This document shows, in pieces, positions 56,264 to 64,000 of a stretch of 64,000 bases of DNA. This stretch comes from Fluviicola sp. (lineage in GTDB: Bacteria > Bacteroidota > Bacteroidia > Flavobacteriales_D > Crocinitomicaceae). A program made the translations under genes and the position numbers. The DNA is taken from NCBI RefSeq assembly GCF_029266855.1, contig NZ_JAQSWB010000002.1, positions 544,106-608,105 of the forward strand. Reading direction: 5' to 3'. The notes below the pieces were generated by a model. The model made no database searches and was not told where the DNA came from. It was given only the letters and a program-made list of their open reading frames with translations. The number at the start of each line of letters is the position of its first letter. The stretch's first letter is position 1.

Positions 56264-59200
56264 ATGGATTTAAAGGGATTCTTTCAAAGAAACTGGATTT
56301 ACCTGGCAATGATCGGGGCAATATTGATTGTTTTGGCGGTATTTTTCAAACCTCAATTTGATGGCTATGCTGTGAAACAACACGATATTAAAGAAGGTTT
56401 GGGAATGGGTAACGAAACTAATTTGTTTCGCGAAGCCACCGGGGAAGAACCAAAATGGACAAGTTCCGCCTTTGGTGGAATGCCTACGGAGCAAATTTCC
56501 ATGTTGAATCCGGGAAACTGGTTTAAAACCATTTTAAATGGCTTTTTCTCTATTTTTCAAGGGCCGCTTGGATTAATTTTCCTTCATTTCCTTTGTTTCC
56601 TGGTATTTGCCAGACTATTGAAGATAAAACCTCTCATTGGTCTTTTAGGCGCAATTGCATTTAGTTTTGCAAGTTACGAGTTGATCGTGATTCAGGCAGG
56701 ACACGTTGCAAAATCAGGAGCAGCAGCATTTTTACCTGCCATTTTGGGAGCATTTATCTATGCGTTTCGGACAAATAGAAAATGGGGAATTATCCTGGCG
56801 GGGATTTTTATGACTTTTGAATTGGAAATGAATCACGTCCAGGTAACATACTACTTCCTGTTTGTATTGCTTTTTGTTGGGATTTACCTGTTTGTTGAAG
56901 CTGTCAAAAATAAAGAAATTAAGAAGTTTGTAATTACGGCAGCAGGTATAATCGGCGTTTTTATAATAGCTTTTGCGATCAACAGTAGTAATATCATTCT
57001 GTCAAATGATTACGCCAAAGTAAGTATTCGTGGAGCAAATGACATCAGCATTACCCCTGATGGACTCCCGTCAAAAATACAATCTTCCGGATTAGACCGG
57101 GATTACATAACGCAATGGTCTTATGGAGTTGATGAAACATTTACTCTTATCTCTCCTTATGTAAAAGGTAGTGCATCTGAACCAATAGGATTATCTCCAT
57201 TTGCAGAGAAAATTGAAAACGGCGATTTTACTGAAGATCAGAAAAAAACAATTTTTGAAGGAAATTCATATTGGGGGACGCAGCCGATTACTTCCGGCCC
57301 GGTTTATCTTGGTATCATTGTTTGTCTTTTAGCATTCTTAGGCTTATTCTTCCTGAAAGACAAAATCAAATGGCCATTATTTGCAATCACCGTATTGGCT
57401 ATTTTTCTATCGTGGGGTAAAAACTTCATGGGATTGACGAACTTCTTTATTGATCACGTTCCGGCATATAACAAGTTCAGAGCGGTAACAATTATTTTGG
57501 TAATAGTCGAGTTGACTATTCCGATTATGGGAGTTTTGTTCCTGAATGAATTGGTGAAACAACGTGAAGCAATTATCGCTCAAAAACGAAAGTTCTTAGC
57601 AGTTCTGGGAGGGTTCGTTTTATTCCTGATCGTTCTGCGTGTAGTAGGTTTGGGTGACAACTATACGAACCCGGCGGAAGCAAATCAATATGCAGGACTG
57701 ACAGTAGAAGAAATGTCAAAGCAAATCATGCAGCTTGATCCGCAAATGGCAGCACAGCAATACCAGTTGGACTTGAGCAATCCACAACAAGTTCAGCAAT
57801 TCGCTCAAATGCAGGTGGATTCAAGAATAGAGCAATATTCTGCGTTAAAAGAAGCCAGAAAAGTAATCTTCAGTTCAAGTATGAATCGTTCCATTTTGTT
57901 TTCGATTCTCGCTGCGGGATTATTCCTCGTGTTCCTTTATTCAAAATCAGAAAAATCAGCAACTTCAATTCTGATAGGAGGATTAGTAGTCTTAACGCTG
58001 GCCGACATGGTTCCGGTGGCATACAATTATCTTGGTGGAATCGAGACGCCGACAGGTGATCTAAAATACTGGGAAGAAAAATCAGTATCAGCTTATCCTA
58101 TTTCAACAACAAAGGGCGACGAAGAAGTGATGGCTGCCGAACTTGCCGAAAATCCTGGATTAGCTGCGGTTGTAAAAAAAGGAGAAAGCCTTGGTAGAGC
58201 TAAGGCAGATGAATTGGGGTATGATGGTATTGCAAGATCAAACGTAATCAATTCTTACCGTTTCCATGCTTTAACGATGGCAACCAATTATCGTGTGCTT
58301 GATTTTGCAGGGGCTTTCAACAGTAGCCGCGCTTCCTACTTCCACAAATCTCTTGGAGGATACCACGGGGCGAAACTTCGCAACATCAGTAATCTGATCG
58401 ATTTCCACATTTCAAAATCGAACAATCGCGTTTTGGATATGTTGAATGTGAAGTACTTCTTACAATCGGACCAACAAGGATTGGATACGGCGATTTATAA
58501 CAGAACAGCATTAGGAAATGCTTGGCTGGTGAAATCTGTTAAAGAATTTTCTTCGCCGAATGATGAGATCCGTGCGCTTGGAAATAAATTCAGGTTGGAG
58601 AACAGAGGTCCGGGTATACTTCTGGTAAATGGTATGCCAACAAAGAAAGCCGGTATTTTTGGTGGAGAAGACTTGAAATACCTGTTGCAGGGCAAGGATA
58701 CTATTCCTGTTCAATTGGCAAATGGTTTGTCAAAAGGACAAGATGCAATGTTCGTAATAGATGTTCGCGGAACTACGAACCTGGTGCCTTTAATGACATT
58801 GGAAGCGGATACTGCAAAATCTTTTACGCCGTTGGTTTATATGAATGTTGAAAGTTCATTTGATCCTAAAAATGAAGCTGTAATGCTGAATTCATTTGCG
58901 AAAAACCTGAGTGCGAAAAAATTCTCTGCCGATGGTTACGTTAAATTGGAAAAGTCTGTTCCAAACAAGTTAACTTATACCGCAGAGGTAAAAGGAAATC
59001 AATTGGCAGTATTCTCTGAAATTTACTACCCGATCGGTTGGAAAGCCTTTGTAGATAACAAGGAAGTTCCTATCCTGAAAGTGAATTATTTACTACGCGC
59101 ACTGGAACTGAAAGACGGGCACCATAAAATCGAATTCGTTTACGATTTACCAAAATATTATACGACTAACATGATTGCCCGTGTAGGTAGTATCATTCTT

Positions 59201-59275
59201 TTTGTACTATTGGGAATTGCTTTATATACTGATTTCAGAAACAGACGAAAAGAAAAAAACGTCGTTAAACAATGA
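56264..59275 (+). CDS. YfhO family membrane protein (GT-C glycosyltransferase-like)
   Basis: W...FGGMP, HVQVTYY, ITQWSYG, YWGTQP.TSGPVYLG, SLGGYHGAKL, FSEIYYP.GWKA. Confidence 0.85.
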   Translation: MDLKGFFQRNWIYLAMIGAILIVLAVFFKPQFDGYAVKQHDIKEGLGMGNETNLFREATGEEPKWTSSAFGGMPTEQISMLNPGNWFKTILNGFFSIFQGPLGLIFLHFLCFLVFARLLKIKPLIGLLGAIAFSFASYELIVIQAGHVAKSGAAAFLPAILGAFIYAFRTNRKWGIILAGIFMTFELEMNHVQVTYYFLFVLLFVGIYLFVEAVKNKEIKKFVITAAGIIGVFIIAFAINSSNIILSNDYAKVSIRGANDISITPDGLPSKIQSSGLDRDYITQWSYGVDETFTLISPYVKGSASEPIGLSPFAEKIENGDFTEDQKKTIFEGNSYWGTQPITSGPVYLGIIVCLLAFLGLFFLKDKIKWPLFAITVLAIFLSWGKNFMGLTNFFIDHVPAYNKFRAVTIILVIVELTIPIMGVLFLNELVKQREAIIAQKRKFLAVLGGFVLFLIVLRVVGLGDNYTNPAEANQYAGLTVEEMSKQIMQLDPQMAAQQYQLDLSNPQQVQQFAQMQVDSRIEQYSALKEARKVIFSSSMNRSILFSILAAGLFLVFLYSKSEKSATSILIGGLVVLTLADMVPVAYNYLGGIETPTGDLKYWEEKSVSAYPISTTKGDEEVMAAELAENPGLAAVVKKGESLGRAKADELGYDGIARSNVINSYRFHALTMATNYRVLDFAGAFNSSRASYFHKSLGGYHGAKLRNISNLIDFHISKSNNRVLDMLNVKYFLQSDQQGLDTAIYNRTALGNAWLVKSVKEFSSPNDEIRALGNKFRLENRGPGILLVNGMPTKKAGIFGGEDLKYLLQGKDTIPVQLANGLSKGQDAMFVIDVRGTTNLVPLMTLEADTAKSFTPLVYMNVESSFDPKNEAVMLNSFAKNLSAKKFSADGYVKLEKSVPNKLTYTAEVKGNQLAVFSEIYYPIGWKAFVDNKEVPILKVNYLLRALELKDGHHKIEFVYDLPKYYTTNMIARVGSIILFVLLGIALYTDFRNRRKEKNVVKQ

Positions 59276-59288
59276 TTTATCTTAAAAT

Positions 59289-60476
59289 ATGGACATCCTT
59301 GAATTAATAGGACGAAAAAGAGAATTGTTTTCGATAGATATTGAAAACAACCAATTGGAAATAGATCGTCTGGTTAGTTCAAGCCATTTTTTAGTGATTG
59401 GCGGGGCAGGTTCTATCGGTAAGGCCGTAGTTAAGGAAATTTTCAAGCGCAATCCATTAAAACTGCATGTTGTAGACATCAGCGAGAACAATCTTGTTGA
59501 GTTGGTGCGTGATTTACGAAGCACATATGGTTACATCGACGGTGATTTCAGGACTTTTGCTTTGGATGCAGGAAGTAAAATCTATGATGCATTCATTAAA
59601 TCTGATGGCGAATACGATTATGTGTTGAATTTGTCGGCGCTGAAGCATGTAAGAAGCGAAAAAGATCCGTACACGCTCATGCGCATGCTCGAGGTGAACG
59701 TACTGAATACCATTAAGACCGTAGAGCAGTCGATCGCCAACGGAGCAAAAAAATATTTTTGTGTTTCTACTGATAAGGCTGCCAATCCCGTAAATCTTAT
59801 GGGGGCTTCAAAACGGATTATGGAAATGTACCTCGTAGATCTGGGGAAACAAATTTCGATTTCTTCAGCCCGGTTTGCCAATGTAGCTTTCTCAGATGGT
59901 TCCCTGTTACACAGTTTCGAGGAACGGCTGAAACAGAATCATCCGATCGTTGCGCCAAACGACGTGAAACGTTATTTCGTAACTCCACGTGAGTCGGGAA
60001 TTCTCTGCCTGATGTCTTGTCTTTTTGGAGAAAACGGTGAAATCTATTTTCCGAAACTGGACGAGAATGAGCACTTGGTTTCCTTCACGGAGATTGCAGA
60101 TAAATTCTTATTGGAGAAAGGTTACCAACCGGTTTACTGTCATTCGGAAGAAGAGGCTCGCACTTCCGTCATGGAACTGAAAAAGGAAAAGAAATGGCCT
60201 TGTTTTTACAGTTCATCGGACACCACAGGGGAAAAAGCATTTGAAGAATTCTATACACAAGACGAAAATATTACGTTGGATACATACATTGATCTGGGAA
60301 TAGTGAAACAAAACCTTTCCGTAGATAAAAATCTGCTTACGGGTTTTCAGCAGTCGATCTCATCGATGATCGACAGATCGAGCTGGTCAAAAGAAGAATT
60401 GATCGACTTGTTCCATTCATTATTGCCCGACCTGGATTATGAAGACAAAGGAAAATATTTAGACGCTAAAATGTGA
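59289..60476 (+). CDS. NDP-N-acetylglucosamine 4,6-dehydratase (LegB/PglF-like)
   Basis: GGAGSIG, ALKHVRSE, STDKAANP..MGASK, RFANVAFSDGS. Confidence 0.9.
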   Translation: MDILELIGRKRELFSIDIENNQLEIDRLVSSSHFLVIGGAGSIGKAVVKEIFKRNPLKLHVVDISENNLVELVRDLRSTYGYIDGDFRTFALDAGSKIYDAFIKSDGEYDYVLNLSALKHVRSEKDPYTLMRMLEVNVLNTIKTVEQSIANGAKKYFCVSTDKAANPVNLMGASKRIMEMYLVDLGKQISISSARFANVAFSDGSLLHSFEERLKQNHPIVAPNDVKRYFVTPRESGILCLMSCLFGENGEIYFPKLDENEHLVSFTEIADKFLLEKGYQPVYCHSEEEARTSVMELKKEKKWPCFYSSSDTTGEKAFEEFYTQDENITLDTYIDLGIVKQNLSVDKNLLTGFQQSISSMIDRSSWSKEELIDLFHSLLPDLDYEDKGKYLDAKM

Positions 60477-60479
60477 AAT

Positions 60480-61628
60480 ATGGGAGTAGCAAGTTCCAGA
60501 ATAATTATTGATATGGTTCGTGATCGATTCAAGAGTTCTGAATTTATTCCATTGCACGCGCCGACCTTTAGAGGAAATGAGAAAAAATACCTGAATGAAT
60601 GTATTGATACGACTTTTGTTTCCAGTGTCGGTGCATTTGTAGACCTGTTTGAAAAAAACTTATCCGAATTGATAGGGGTGCCGAAAAGTGTTGCGGTAGT
60701 CAATGGAACCGCTGCTTTGCATTGTGCACTGAAATTACTTGGAGTAGATGAAAAGCAGGAGGTAATTTCGCAGTCTTTGACTTTTATAGCAACGACCAAC
60801 GCAATCTCTTACCTGGGAGCAAAACCGTTATTTATTGATGTGGATTTGGATACCATGGGACTTTCTCCTATAGCATTGCAAGCTTTTTTAACGGAATTCG
60901 GCGATCTGAGAGAAGACGGAACGTACAATAAAAAAACACATAAAAAAATAGGTGCCTGTGTAGTAATGCATACCTTCGGTTTTGCTGCAAGGATACAAGA
61001 ATTACAAGCAATTTGTACTAAGTGGAAAATTCCGCTCATAGAAGATGCAGCAGAAGCGATCGGAAGTAGCTCATATGGAAAACCATTGGGTAGTTTTGGT
61101 GACTTCGGAGTTTTCTCCTTTAACGGGAATAAGATTATTACTTCAGGAGGAGGGGGCGCTCTGGTTTCCCCGAAGGAAGAATGGATGATTAAAGCAAAAC
61201 ACCTGACAACAGTAGCCAAAGTACCGCATGCATACGAGTTCATTCACGACGAAATAGGTTTTAATTACCGGATGCCAAACATTAATGCGGCATTGTTATG
61301 TGCTCAGATGGAACAGTTGGATGATTTTATCCAACGGAAACGCACTTTGGCCGGTTCTTATAGGGAGGAATGCGAATCGCATGGATTGAAATTCAGATGG
61401 GAAACGGAAAATACGAAAGCCAATTTTTGGTTGATGTGTATCGAAGCACAGGACAGAAAAGAACGGGATGAGATTTTGGAAAATACAAATGCCCAAAAGG
61501 TGATGACACGTCCGATCTGGCGTTTGATGCATCATTTACCGATGTTTAAAGATTGTCAGAGGGATAGCCAGGTAAATGCCCAATTTCTTGAAGACCGGAT
61601 AGTAAATATACCAAGCAGCGTCATTTGA
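60480..61628 (+). CDS. legC: LegC family aminotransferase (DegT/DnrJ/EryC1/StrS)
   Basis: IPLHAP, FVSSVG, EDAAE, SFNGNKIITSGGGG, GFNYRMPNINAAL. Confidence 0.9.
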   Translation: MGVASSRIIIDMVRDRFKSSEFIPLHAPTFRGNEKKYLNECIDTTFVSSVGAFVDLFEKNLSELIGVPKSVAVVNGTAALHCALKLLGVDEKQEVISQSLTFIATTNAISYLGAKPLFIDVDLDTMGLSPIALQAFLTEFGDLREDGTYNKKTHKKIGACVVMHTFGFAARIQELQAICTKWKIPLIEDAAEAIGSSSYGKPLGSFGDFGVFSFNGNKIITSGGGGALVSPKEEWMIKAKHLTTVAKVPHAYEFIHDEIGFNYRMPNINAALLCAQMEQLDDFIQRKRTLAGSYREECESHGLKFRWETENTKANFWLMCIEAQDRKERDEILENTNAQKVMTRPIWRLMHHLPMFKDCQRDSQVNAQFLEDRIVNIPSSVI

Positions 61629-62251
61629 TGGAAAAAGCAGTTTACCTAGTCGGTGGATCCGGACATGCACTTGTGGTAAGAGAAATCATTGTCTTAAATC
61701 ACATGTATATCAAAGGATATTTTGATTTGAGGCGATCGGAATTAATGCCTCCCGAAGTTGAGTACCTGGGAGTGGAAGATACAGCAAAACTTTCTGACTG
61801 CCTTCCCGGAGCATCCTTCTTTCCAGCTGTTGGAGACAATGGTTTACGTGAAAAACTAATTCGCTTTATTCGAAGTGAGAACCGGAATGAATTGGTATTG
61901 ATTCATCCGGATGCCGTTGTGTCAAAAAACGCCATTGTCGGTTTGTCAACGATGGTCGGACCAAAAGCAGTAATCAATCCTTTTTCCAGGGTTGGGGAAG
62001 GTGTGATTATCAACTCTGCAGCAGTGATAGAACATGAATGCCTGGTTGGAAATTTTTGTCATATTGCACCAGGGGCAATGATTTTGGGAAATGTACGTAT
62101 CGGAGATTCAACCTTTATCGGGGCAAATGCAGTGGTGAAACAAGGAGTGAAAATAGGTTCGAATGTGATCATTGGAGCTGGATCCGTTGTTCTGAAAGAT
62201 GTGCCTGATAATTGTACGCTCGTAGGAAATCCAGCTAAAATAATCAGATGA
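61625..62251 (+). CDS. NeuD/PglD/LegH-like sugar N-acetyltransferase (hexapeptide repeat)
   Basis: GGSGHA, AVGDN, hexapeptide repeats, VGNPAK; ATG at 61628 is an alternative start. Confidence 0.9.
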   Translation: MMEKAVYLVGGSGHALVVREIIVLNHMYIKGYFDLRRSELMPPEVEYLGVEDTAKLSDCLPGASFFPAVGDNGLREKLIRFIRSENRNELVLIHPDAVVSKNAIVGLSTMVGPKAVINPFSRVGEGVIINSAAVIEHECLVGNFCHIAPGAMILGNVRIGDSTFIGANAVVKQGVKIGSNVIIGAGSVVLKDVPDNCTLVGNPAKIIR

Positions 62252-63273
62252 TGTCAAAAGTATTAATTATAGCTGAAGCGGGGGTGAATCACAATGGTGA
62301 TATGAAAATCGCCTTTCAGTTAATTGATGCCGCAGTTGAAGCAAAGGTGGATTGGATTAAATTCCAAACATTCAAAGCAGATAAACTCGTATCAAAAGAA
62401 GCTAGGAAATCCGAATACCAGATTCGTAACACGGGGACGAAGGACGAATCTCAATATCAAATGCTTAAAAAACTGGAGCTTAGCCACGAACAGCACCTGG
62501 AATTGATAGCATATTGCAAAACCCGGAATATTCGTTTTTTCTCCACAGCTTTCGATCTTGAATCACTTCAGTACCTTTCGGATTTGGGCTTTGACTATGT
62601 TAAAATACCGTCGGGAGAAATTACCAATTTGCCTTATTTAAAACTGGCTGCAATCCTTTTTGATCACGTGATTCTTTCAACCGGAATGGCTTCATTAGAT
62701 GAAATTAAGGAAGCTGTTGAAGTGTTTTTGGACGCAGGGTTATCCAAATCAGCCATTACAATTTTACACTGTAATACGGAATATCCAACTCCGATGAAGG
62801 ATGTAAACTTGAAAGCAATGTTGGAAATTCAATCCGTGATTGGTGTTGATATTGGTTACTCCGATCATACACTGGGAATCGAAGTTCCGATTGCTGCGGT
62901 TGCATTGGGTGCGAAAGTTATTGAAAAGCATTTTACACTCGACCGGAGGATGGAGGGACCTGACCATGCGGCATCTCTTGAACCTGATGAACTGAAACAA
63001 ATGGTTCGGAGTATCAGGAATGTGGAAGAAGCAATTTCGGGTAGTGGACACAAGGAACCGTCACCTTCGGAAATGAAAAATATTCAAATTGCACGTAAAA
63101 GTATTCACATAGCTGCATCGGTACCAAAAGGACATGTTTTGAAGGAAGGGGATTTGCTGATACTCCGACCCGGAACAGGAATTTCACCTATGAAAATCAA
63201 CAAGATCATAGGCCGCAAAGTTAAGAGAGATCTCACTGGAGGTGAATTACTTAATGAAGATGATTTGGAATGA
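62248..63273 (+). CDS. neuB: N-acetylneuraminate/legionaminate synthase (NeuB/LegI)
   Basis: IIAEAGVNHNG, KFQTF, LHCNTEYP, GYSDHTLG, IEKHFTLD, C-terminal SAF domain. Confidence 0.95.
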   Translation: MMSKVLIIAEAGVNHNGDMKIAFQLIDAAVEAKVDWIKFQTFKADKLVSKEARKSEYQIRNTGTKDESQYQMLKKLELSHEQHLELIAYCKTRNIRFFSTAFDLESLQYLSDLGFDYVKIPSGEITNLPYLKLAAILFDHVILSTGMASLDEIKEAVEVFLDAGLSKSAITILHCNTEYPTPMKDVNLKAMLEIQSVIGVDIGYSDHTLGIEVPIAAVALGAKVIEKHFTLDRRMEGPDHAASLEPDELKQMVRSIRNVEEAISGSGHKEPSPSEMKNIQIARKSIHIAASVPKGHVLKEGDLLILRPGTGISPMKINKIIGRKVKRDLTGGELLNEDDLE

Positions 63274-64000
63274 ATATAGCTGTACTTACTAGTTCACGTG
63301 CTGATTATGGGATCTATTTACCCTTACTGCGAAAGTTGCAGGAAGATCCGGAAATCCGGCTGTCGATCATCGCATTCGGCACACACACCTCTTCTTTTCA
63401 TGGACACACTATTGATGTCATCAGAAAAGATGGATTCCAGGTATCACATGAATTAAATACACTGGTGAATGACGATTCTCCATCAGGAATAGCAATGTCT
63501 TACGCAAAAACAGCTGAGAGTTTTGCATCCTTTTGGGCAAAAAATACAGCGTATGACTGGATTATCTGTTTGGGAGACCGGTTTGAAATGTCAGCAGCGG
63601 TACAGGCTAGTATTCCTTTTCAATACAAAATTGCACACCTGTATGCCGGTGACACTACATTAGGAGCTATTGATAATATTTACCGCCATCAGCTCACATT
63701 GGCTTCCAAACTACATTTTGTGAGTATTCCCGAATACCAGCTTCGCGTAACGGAACTGATAGGTAAATCAGGTACAAGTAGTGTAATCGGTTCATTGAGT
63801 CTCTTGAATTTAAAGGAGCTGGATCCGGAAAGTCCGGAGGAATTCTTTTCGAAATGGGGAATTTCCTTGCATCGGAAATTTATTTTGGTTACGGTACATC
63901 CCGAAACCGTGAATTTCCAACTGAATGAAGTATATGCGGGAATTACAGAATCCGCATTGAGACAGTGCCTTTCCGGATTTGACCTCGTTATTACGATGCC
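63270..64000 (+). CDS. neuC: UDP/GDP-GlcNAc 2-epimerase, hydrolysing (NeuC/LegG); partial, runs off the window
   Basis: Hand-translated MNIAVLTSSRADYGIY...LGDRFEM...AHLYAGD..LGAIDN..RH. Confidence 0.9.
   Translation, partial: MNIAVLTSSRADYGIYLPLLRKLQEDPEIRLSIIAFGTHTSSFHGHTIDVIRKDGFQVSHELNTLVNDDSPSGIAMSYAKTAESFASFWAKNTAYDWIICLGDRFEMSAAVQASIPFQYKIAHLYAGDTTLGAIDNIYRHQLTLASKLHFVSIPEYQLRVTELIGKSGTSSVIGSLSLLNLKELDPESPEEFFSKWGISLHRKFILVTVHPETVNFQLNEVYAGITESALRQCLSGFDLVITM

Noticed and set aside
666-63053. Numerous 60-135-aa ORFs in the track that overlap longer genes on the opposite strand or in another frame (e.g. 666-890, 1079-1291, 5660-5986, 22533-22766, 34966-35325, 44799-44981)
   Set aside because: These are shadow ORFs of well-supported genes or repeats, with no recognisable motifs.

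Overview
64-kb chromosomal window, roughly 40% GC by eye, from a Bacteroidota organism. It has T9SS C-terminal sorting domains, TAnnTTTG -7 promoter boxes, and DUF2911 and YfhO genes; a Flavobacteriales/Crocinitomicaceae-like host is my inference only. Layout: (1) 0.4-4.8 kb, a general-stress-type island (CsbD-like, coiled-coil lipoprotein, porin-family barrel, YtxH, two AraC regulators around a cupin); (2) 5.4-13.1 kb, a tandemly duplicated two-gene unit (GIGT-repeat fibre-like protein plus a large BNR/VPS10-type T9SS cargo); (3) 13-53 kb, mostly housekeeping, transport and envelope genes (PIG-L deacetylase/SSS operon, tspO, MFS, ogt, two yceI, corA, patatin, VWA, GT22-like, ppa, mscS, dnaG, prenyl synthase, rlmN, LTA-synthase family, grpE-dnaJ, ABC, ppx, NtrC-type regulator) with several families of intergenic REP/BIME-like repeats; (4) 53-56 kb, three tandem paralogues of an uncharacterised KPVIYL...EWGG family; (5) 56-64 kb, yfhO and the start of a legionaminic-acid-type gene cluster, cut by the window end. 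I recognised no rRNA, tRNA, CRISPR array, cas gene, integrase or transposase. Two observations stand out. First, three consecutive stress-island promoters share an identically spaced TGTAA-N16-TGTAA-N22-CACCTTT architecture, a candidate regulon of the adjacent AraC proteins. Second, both copies of the duplicated unit lack the signal peptide of the T9SS gene, and the break falls at the same nucleotide, at the edge of a perfect 100-bp repeat, while the upstream breakpoints differ. All family calls come from motif recognition by eye, with no database searches, and identity values are estimates.
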